Shown here in pieces: positions 58,501 to 64,000 of a stretch of DNA of 64,000 nt (position 1 is its first letter; each line of letters opens with the position of its first letter). The DNA comes from Clostridia bacterium (lineage in GTDB: Bacteria > Bacillota > Clostridia > UBA1212), in contig JAFTXP010000014.1 in assembly GCA_017461545.1 (NCBI GenBank), positions 8,394 through 72,393 of the forward strand, in the 5' to 3' direction. The notes under the pieces are model-generated. The model was not told the DNA's origin and did no database searches. It worked only from the letters and a program-made list of their open reading frames with translations. The translations under genes and the position numbers were made by a program.

Positions 58501-59312
58501 AAATTTATGCACTTGTCGGAGGAAGCGGTACCGGCAAAAGCCACAGAGCGCCGTGGGTCGCAAAGGAGCACGGAATAAAATATATAATAGATGACGGTCT
58601 ATTGATCAAAGGAAGCCGAATTATTGCCGGAAAATCCGCAAAAAAAGAGAAAACAAAGGTTGGCTCAGTAAAAACAGCTGTTTTTACAAGTGATGATCAT
58701 GCCTTTGATGTTTCACATGTTTTAAAAGAAGAAAACGCTGATAAATTGCTTATTTTGGGTACATCTGACGGCATGGTAAAAAAAATTGCTCAGCGTTTAG
58801 GCTTTCACGGAGTCGATGAAACAATATATATAACTGATATATCTACTCCTGAGGAAATAGAACAGGCATTATACCAGAGAAAGAATCTCGGAAAACACGT
58901 TATACCGGTTCCCACAATGGAGCTGAAAAAAGATTTTTCCGGTTTTTACTTAGACCCGCTTAATGTTTTAAAGAGTTCAAAAAACGGACAGATGGAGTTA
59001 GTAGGAGAAAAGTCTGTTGTAAGACCAACCTTTAGTTATTTAGGGAAATATACAATATCTGACTATACTATTTATCAGATTGTAGAACATATTACATTAA
59101 ATAATCCCGGTGTATCGAGAGTTACAAGATTCCGTGCGGATAATAAGCCGGGCGGAATCAGAATCGAAGCGGATTTAGTGATATACTATGGGTATCAAAT
59201 TCCTACGTTACTGAAGAATCTCAAAAAAGATATTACACATGAGTTGGAAACTCTTACTTCACTGAATATATCTGCTATAGTATTAACCGCAAAAAGCGTA
59301 ATTTTGCCGTAG
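58497..59312 (+). CDS. P-loop NTPase N-domain fused to an Asp23/Gls24-like C-domain, unknown function
   Basis: Walker A VGGSGTGKS at residues 7-15. The C-terminal 100 aa fit the Asp23 pattern (ISDYTIYQIVEHITLNNPGVSRV...IRIEADLVIYYGYQIPTLLKNLKKDITHELETLTSLNISAIVL). ATGA overlap with the previous gene. Confidence 0.5.
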   Translation: MKIYALVGGSGTGKSHRAPWVAKEHGIKYIIDDGLLIKGSRIIAGKSAKKEKTKVGSVKTAVFTSDDHAFDVSHVLKEENADKLLILGTSDGMVKKIAQRLGFHGVDETIYITDISTPEEIEQALYQRKNLGKHVIPVPTMELKKDFSGFYLDPLNVLKSSKNGQMELVGEKSVVRPTFSYLGKYTISDYTIYQIVEHITLNNPGVSRVTRFRADNKPGGIRIEADLVIYYGYQIPTLLKNLKKDITHELETLTSLNISAIVLTAKSVILP

Positions 59313-59329
59313 CATCTGCTGCGGCAATT

Positions 59330-60088
59330 TTAATATTTAACTACCCTGCCGGAAAAAATTCCTTTTATTAATTCACAAAATGATGAGCAAAACGTTTCAT
59401 CAGAGCAATGCAAAAATATTTTTTTGGGAGCAATTGAAACAACAGAAGAAATTATTGAATCCTGATAGTTTATTTTATTTTTATCATTTACGTAAGCATC
59501 AACGCAGCTTTGTGTTATATCACTGCCGTCATCGGACAAAATCTTAAAACCGTTTGGTCCTTCAATCAAAAAAATTTCATCATAAAGCGATGACTGTTCA
59601 GAAACAATTTCTTTCATAAATAAAACAAAATCATTATATTCATCTTCTATATAATTTTCCTGAACCGAAACTGCAAGAAGCGTTTTTATATCATCAACCA
59701 ATCCTTTCAGTCTGAAATTTACAAAGCCGTCAATAACAAGATAACAGTTACCCGAATCAATATACTCTGCAATTTTTTCGTAAACAATATCAGAAGAATT
59801 TTTCAGGCAAAACGCAACATGCATTGTTCGTGATACAATATCCTTTCTTAAACTATCTTGCATATCCGGATAGCGGTTTAAAACATTCATGCATAATCTC
59901 GGCAGAGTATTTTCCCAAATGTATTCAGATATATATTTTGATAAATTATATACTGATAACTCATAATTATTGATTTTGCACATCGTCCAAAGATTATTAC
60001 GTTGGATATTGAATGAATTTATTCGGGAAGACATATACATAAAAAAATCATCCGGAGATAAAAAATCAATAACGTTTATATAATGCAT
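59330..60088 (-). CDS. ytxC: YtxC-like putative sporulation protein
   Basis: FVNFRLKGLVDDIKTLLAVSVQENYIEDEYNDFVLFMKEIV resembles the FRLK...EYxxEQEYQxFI core I recall for YtxC. ATG at 60088 lies 9 nt after AGGAGGG. Confidence 0.5.
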   Translation of the reverse strand: MHYINVIDFLSPDDFFMYMSSRINSFNIQRNNLWTMCKINNYELSVYNLSKYISEYIWENTLPRLCMNVLNRYPDMQDSLRKDIVSRTMHVAFCLKNSSDIVYEKIAEYIDSGNCYLVIDGFVNFRLKGLVDDIKTLLAVSVQENYIEDEYNDFVLFMKEIVSEQSSLYDEIFLIEGPNGFKILSDDGSDITQSCVDAYVNDKNKINYQDSIISSVVSIAPKKIFLHCSDETFCSSFCELIKGIFSGRVVKY

Positions 60089-60131
60089 GAATAAAAGCCC
60101 TCCTGTTTTATCCACAACATTATATGAAACA

Positions 60132-60845
60132 TCACAAATGTCCTGTGAAAATAATAATGCCGCCTATATCAGTCAATTCTCCTGCTCCGATACATTTGAA
60201 ATTAATTCCGTTATATACTAATTCATTAATAAAATATTCCGGCAAAAAATCTGATGAACAATTGATTAACAGTCCTGTATCATCACTGTATCCGCAGCAT
60301 CCGCCTAAAAAGCCATGTTCAAAACCGTGCAATTTAATTAATTCGGGATTTCTGAACAGAATTGTCTTAATATTTTCTTTAACAGCTTTTTTATATACAC
60401 CGTAATCTGACGTCAATATAATATCTTTAACAAAAATCGAAGAACAGCCGGAGTATCCCTGTTTTACACAAACTGCTTTCTTATTTAACTCAAATAAATA
60501 TTTAAGAATTAATTTATCCGTATAATCAATGTTGTGGATAAATATTTTATCCCCAATCAAAACATTATATGCAATATTTTTCGGATACTTTTCCGACAAA
60601 AAAGTTTCTCCTTTTTTATATGAAATATTATATTCAGAAAACACTTCTATAATATCGTTATCAATATCAGGAGATACAACACAAAAAGAATCATTTATTT
60701 TACAAATCTGCATATCGGGATGACATGATTCGAATTCTGACAGTGAAACATTTTCAGACAGCTCAAAAACATGACCTAACTTTTTCAAATTATTTTTTAA
60801 TATATCATCACTTTTCTTAGAAATTATAATAAGTTTCCTATCCAT
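60132..60845 (-). CDS. Hypothetical cytoplasmic protein
   Basis: 237-aa ORF with consistent codon usage. No family recognised with confidence. Confidence 0.45.
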   Translation of the reverse strand: MDRKLIIISKKSDDILKNNLKKLGHVFELSENVSLSEFESCHPDMQICKINDSFCVVSPDIDNDIIEVFSEYNISYKKGETFLSEKYPKNIAYNVLIGDKIFIHNIDYTDKLILKYLFELNKKAVCVKQGYSGCSSIFVKDIILTSDYGVYKKAVKENIKTILFRNPELIKLHGFEHGFLGGCCGYSDDTGLLINCSSDFLPEYFINELVYNGINFKCIGAGELTDIGGIIIFTGHL

Positions 60846-60991
60846 ATTTATCCTTCAAACAAATAAGTTTTTTATCAGTTTAAAATATAAAAAAAAAATA
60901 TTCAACGAATAATTAAAAATAATTGTGGAATTATATACATGAATGGTGGACAATTTAAAACTTTTACCACCGGAAAGGAGCTTTTATAATC

Positions 60992-61210
60992 ATGGCAAGA
61001 ATAGGTTTAGATAGATTTGCACTTATTTTAATTATAATCGGTGCACTTAACTGGCTTTCCGTAGGACTTTTTCAGTTTGATATTGTTGCCGCATTATTCG
61101 GCGGCGCAACGCATTTAATAAGCAGAATTATATATTCACTTGTAGGAATTTCGGGAATATATTCGATAAGCTTACTTTTCAGACAAAGTCCGTCAAATGA
61201 AAGGGTATAA
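60992..61210 (+). CDS. DUF378-family small membrane protein
   Basis: LILIIIGALNWLSVGLFQFDIVAALFGG is the typical DUF378 signature. Confidence 0.7.
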   Translation: MARIGLDRFALILIIIGALNWLSVGLFQFDIVAALFGGATHLISRIIYSLVGISGIYSISLLFRQSPSNERV

Positions 61211-61289
61211 TTTCCAGTATTTATATTGAAATATTATAAATAATATGATTACCGACTTACATGTCGGAAAATTAAACGGAGGTACGATT

Positions 61290-61481
61290 ATGTCTAAGAG
61301 TAATAATAAAACTGACTTTGATAAAATGAAGTATGAAATCGCAAAGGAATCCGGTATCAATCTTAAAGAAGGATATAACGGCGATCTTACTTCTAAGGAA
61401 GCCGGTACAATCGGCGGAAACATTGTTCGTAAAGTTTTTGAAAGCTATACAGGTAATAACTATTTCACAGGCAAGAAATAA
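61290..61481 (+). CDS. Alpha/beta-type small acid-soluble spore protein
   Basis: MSKSNNKTDFDKMKYEIAKESGI...TSKEAGTIGGNIVRKV. ATG at 61290 is preceded by ACGGAGGT. Confidence 0.85.
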   Translation: MSKSNNKTDFDKMKYEIAKESGINLKEGYNGDLTSKEAGTIGGNIVRKVFESYTGNNYFTGKK

Positions 61482-61525
61482 TTATTGTGATAAATGTTTT
61501 GAATTATAACAATAAATTGTTATAA

Positions 61526-61567
61526 CAAAGCGGCGGCTTTAAGTTATTTAAGGCCGCCGCTTTGCAT
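61526..61567 (+). terminator. GC-rich stem-loop after the SASP gene
   Basis: CAAAGCGGCGGC ... GCCGCCGCTTTG 12-bp stem. The T-run is weak (TTTG). Confidence 0.6.
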
Positions 61568-61594
61568 ATCTATTTATAAAAAAGATATTTTTTT

Positions 61595-61858
61595 ATGAAT
61601 AAGATAATAGTTGTTTTAATAATTGTTTTTTTAATATATTATCCGTATTTTGTACCTCGGTGCAATTTATGTAATAAAATCAAATTAAGAAGTTCTTTTC
61701 TGATTATAAAGCAAAAGTCTTTACATATAACAAGAAAAGGAGAAATAACTATTTGTAAACAATGTTGTAAAAAACACAACCTAAATAATTACTCAGACTA
61801 TGCACAGTTAAAAAGAATACGGGAATTAATACAACTGAAAACAAAAAATAATATGTAA
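61595..61858 (+). CDS. Small hypothetical protein with N-terminal TM helix and CxxC...CxxCC motifs
   Basis: 87-aa ORF with CNLCNK and CKQCCKKH. No clear RBS. Confidence 0.3.
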   Translation: MNKIIVVLIIVFLIYYPYFVPRCNLCNKIKLRSSFLIIKQKSLHITRKGEITICKQCCKKHNLNNYSDYAQLKRIRELIQLKTKNNM

Positions 61859-61859
61859 C

Positions 61860-61887
61860 ACTACATAGAATTCTGATTCTATGTAGT
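61860..61887. terminator. 12-bp perfect stem-loop between convergent genes
   Basis: ACTACATAGAAT - TCTG - ATTCTATGTAGT. Confidence 0.55.
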
Positions 61888-61894
61888 TAAATTA

Positions 61895-62242
61895 TTATGC
61901 CCGTATAAGCCCCAAACTGATTTCCAGCGCCTTATCAATACGGTTCATGAAATTGTTATCCAACCTGCAAATATGTTCTTTCAACCTTTTTTTATCAATG
62001 GTTCTGAGCTGTTCCAGAAGAACAACGGAGTCCTTGCTTAAACCGAATTCGTCAGCACAGAGATTAAGATGCGTGGGTAATTTGGATTTATTCATCTGAG
62101 ATGTTACCGCTGCCACGATGATTGTCGGACTGTATTTATTTCCTACATTGTTTTGTATTACAAGTACAGGTCTTACACCGCCCTGTTCGGAACCGACTAC
62201 AGGACTTAAATCTGCATAATAAATATCACCTCGTTGGATCAA
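61895..62242 (-). CDS. mazF: MazF/PemK-family endoribonuclease toxin (EndoA/NdoA-like)
   Basis: [47 protein letters not shown] is near-canonical MazF/EndoA. TTG at 62242 lies 8 nt after AGGAG; the track start at GTG 62251 abuts the RBS. Confidence 0.85.
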   Translation of the reverse strand: MIQRGDIYYADLSPVVGSEQGGVRPVLVIQNNVGNKYSPTIIVAAVTSQMNKSKLPTHLNLCADEFGLSKDSVVLLEQLRTIDKKRLKEHICRLDNNFMNRIDKALEISLGLIRA

Positions 62243-62323
62243 AATTAACACTCCTTTGTATTCGTATAAGTACGTTTGTACAAAGTAATTTTGTCCGCTA
62301 TTTGATGATTCAATACATTTATT

Positions 62324-62818
62324 TCAAATTTTAAATAAAGATTTTTGATTTTTCCTGAGAATTTTATATAAGATGCTTCCGAAGATACAGATCATAACAA
62401 ATTCGCCGGTAAAAACACCTAAGAACCATGCAATAAAGCCTTCGCTGCCGAATGAGTATATAACAGTGTATACTATCGGAACGATTATTGCATTCGATAA
62501 AATCGGAGGAGCCAAAGATAATACGTATGATTTTTTTCCGATGTAATAAGTACCTATCGCGCCTAAAAATGTCGCAAAAGAGCCTAAAATTATATCCCAG
62601 ATCGGACATCCCGATAAAATGTTTGATATGAGGCAGCCCACCGTCAATCCGGGTATAGCTGTAAATGAAAACAGCGGTAAAATCGCAAGTACTTCAGAAA
62701 ATCTGAACTGAACAAGTCCTACGGAAAGTCCAAAAATATTGGAAAGAAAAGTGAGAACAACATACAAAGCAGCAATAACCGCACTGTATGCGATAAATAA
62801 AGATTTAGATTTTTTCAT
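62324..62818 (-). CDS. queT: Queuosine-precursor transporter QueT (ECF S-component type)
   Basis: 164-aa multi-TM protein with a QueT-like pattern (AALYVVLTF...FRFSEVL...LPLF). A preQ1 riboswitch lies directly upstream. Confidence 0.8.
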   Translation of the reverse strand: MKKSKSLFIAYSAVIAALYVVLTFLSNIFGLSVGLVQFRFSEVLAILPLFSFTAIPGLTVGCLISNILSGCPIWDIILGSFATFLGAIGTYYIGKKSYVLSLAPPILSNAIIVPIVYTVIYSFGSEGFIAWFLGVFTGEFVMICIFGSILYKILRKNQKSLFKI

Positions 62819-62826
62819 GTAAAAAA

Positions 62827-62870
62827 CTCCTTTAGTTTTGTTTTTAGTGAGGAAGGTTGCGAACTCACTG
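62827..62870 (-). ncRNA. preQ1-I riboswitch (translational, SD-sequestering)
   Basis: The - strand reads CAGUGAG-UUCGCAACCUUC-CUCACUAAAAACAAAACUAAAGGAG. It has a 5-bp P1, a 12-nt loop and an A-rich tail whose AAGG (part of the SD) can pair with loop CCUU. This is the same architecture as the B. subtilis and T. tengcongensis preQ1-I aptamers. Confidence 0.7.
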
Positions 62871-62906
62871 TTATTGCTTCGATATAATACTATATTTCAA
62901 TAAAAA

Positions 62907-63392
62907 TTACAATTCAGAATTCAATATAGCAAGACTTTTTCTGTCCAGACTATCAACATTTTCAATTTCATAACGGTTATCATTGATGTCCCTGATGAGC
63001 ACTCTGCCGTTGTCACGAAGTTTTATGTCGGTATTTCTGTTTGCAATTTCGATAGTACACTGCCCTATATTTGTTTCAACGTCTAAATTCAGTCTTCCGA
63101 ATTTATCCTCTTTTCCTAACACTTTAATAATCTTCGGAATCATATAATATTCGTTCAGACATTTTAAAGCACAATTATAGGATTCATTTGTAAGTGCCGA
63201 TAAATCTTTTATGATAAAAATTTCTTTTCCATCGGAGGAAACAGCAGATATGTAATTATTTATATTATTTATCGGAAAAAGTCTTTTTAAAGATACATTA
63301 TTATATCTCTCACCGCTTGACAGCTCTATATCAACTGTTCCGAATTGTGCATCTTTTATACTTTTTATTTCATCCTCGTATCTTCTCGGCAT
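62907..63392 (-). CDS. DUF1854 domain protein
   Basis: LKRLFPINN...EIFIIKDL...NEYYMIPKI...RVLIRDINDNRYEI...LDRKS pattern. Lies downstream of an ABC exporter gene, as is typical for this family. Confidence 0.7.
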   Translation of the reverse strand: MPRRYEDEIKSIKDAQFGTVDIELSSGERYNNVSLKRLFPINNINNYISAVSSDGKEIFIIKDLSALTNESYNCALKCLNEYYMIPKIIKVLGKEDKFGRLNLDVETNIGQCTIEIANRNTDIKLRDNGRVLIRDINDNRYEIENVDSLDRKSLAILNSEL

Positions 63393-63405
63393 ACTATACT
63401 ACCTC

Positions 63406-64000
63406 TTATTCTCTGATGTTCTCTTCGGCTTTTTTTCTGATGATCTTTTCTGACAATGACTGAATTTCAATCAGTTTTGAATATTTACCCTTAAGATTCA
63501 TCAGTTCCTCATGAGAGCCCTTTTCTATTATATTTCCGTTATCAATAACGATAATTACATTTGCCTTTCTGAGAGTTGAAAGACGGTGTGCAATCATTAT
63601 TGTGGTTCTGCCCTTGATCAGGCGTTCTATTGCGCTCTGAATCGATTCTTCCGTCTCGGAATCAACCGATGCGGTAGCTTCATCGAATATAAGAATTTCA
63701 GGATTTTTAAGAACTGCACGGGCAATGGAAACACGTTGTTTCTCTCCTCCCGACAATCCGATTCCGCGCTCTCCGAGCATCGAGTCATACGCATCAGGCT
63801 GTCTCATAATAAAATCATGCGCATTTGCTATATCAGCCGCCTCAAATACTTCTTCAACAGTCGCATCAGGCTTTCCGAATGCAATGTTGTTGAAAATTGT
63901 GTCACTGAACATCATCGGCTCCTGCTGAACAAATCCGATTTTAGAACGGTAATATTCTAGATCAATGTCTTTAATATTTATATCATCAAGCAGAATGTCT
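63406..64000 (-). CDS. ABC transporter ATP-binding domain (C-terminal part; gene continues beyond the window end)
   Basis: The frame is open to nt 64000 (…KIGFVQQEPMMFSDTI). LSGGEKQRVSIARA, ILIFDEATASVD, H-loop IAHRLST. Confidence 0.85.
   Translation of the reverse strand, partial: DILLDDINIKDIDLEYYRSKIGFVQQEPMMFSDTIFNNIAFGKPDATVEEVFEAADIANAHDFIMRQPDAYDSMLGERGIGLSGGEKQRVSIARAVLKNPEILIFDEATASVDSETEESIQSAIERLIKGRTTIMIAHRLSTLRKANVIIVIDNGNIIEKGSHEELMNLKGKYSKLIEIQSLSEKIIRKKAEENIRE

Noticed and set aside
61245-61289. Longer start (61245) for the second SASP, and a sigma-G promoter upstream of it
   Set aside because: The ATG at 61290 follows a good RBS and gives the canonical SASP N-terminus. I could not find a convincing GHATR-N17/18-CATXHTA match upstream, so no promoter is called there.
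62252-62609. Candidate MazE antitoxin upstream of mazF, including the 81-aa ORF 62364-62609
   Set aside because: The spacer has no ORF. The 81-aa ORF is an out-of-frame shadow inside queT, is Arg/Cys/Ile-rich, and lacks an RHH or AbrB-like N-terminal strand motif.

Overview
AT-rich, low-GC Firmicutes (Clostridia-type) chromosomal segment from a spore-former: it has two alpha/beta SASP genes plus YlbJ- and YtxC-like genes. I saw no transposase, integrase, phage, CRISPR or cas genes.

Gene content in order:
- An uncharacterised surface/transport cluster: NHL-Yip1 fusion, a large DUF5696-like protein, and CUT1-type sugar ABC permeases with a binding lipoprotein.
- ylbJ, metA, two surface repeat proteins and a large cytoplasmic glycosidase-like protein.
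- A tightly packed ruvCAB-ecfA1A2T-nnr-alr chain.
- A PHP histidinol-phosphatase-like gene, tRNA-Gln, murG and tRNA-Leu.
- On the minus strand, a long lipid block: thioesterase, birA, a multi-PAS SARP-like regulator, plsX, an acyl-CoA ligase and accADC-fabZ-accB-fabFGDK-acpP.
- A stand-alone SNF2 helicase, tRNA-His and thrS with its T-box leader.
- A radical SAM gene, SASPs, a Dac-like PBP, pdp, sigA-dnaG and ogg.
- A few conserved unknowns.
- A mazF-like toxin behind a preQ1-riboswitch queT.
- DUF1854 plus the end of an ABC exporter.

The most unusual signal is non-coding. Three head-to-tail modules of about 224 bp lie between tRNA-Leu(UAG) and what looks like its original terminator. Each module carries a copy of the tRNA 3' end, its own terminator and an inverted T-arm copy. 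One module has an internal cassette swap.

Other points worth a second look:
- An apparently antitoxin-less mazF.
- A fab/acc cluster with no fabH or fabT/fapR in this window but with an embedded acyl-CoA ligase.
- Two enzyme homologues lacking catalytic motifs: a Dac-like PBP without the SxxK serine, and a site-2-protease-like protein without HExxH.
- A translationally coupled Cys-rich/P-loop-Asp23 gene pair.
- Repeated hairpin modules upstream of the PHP phosphatase gene.

All family assignments come from reading the supplied translations by eye. No searches were run.
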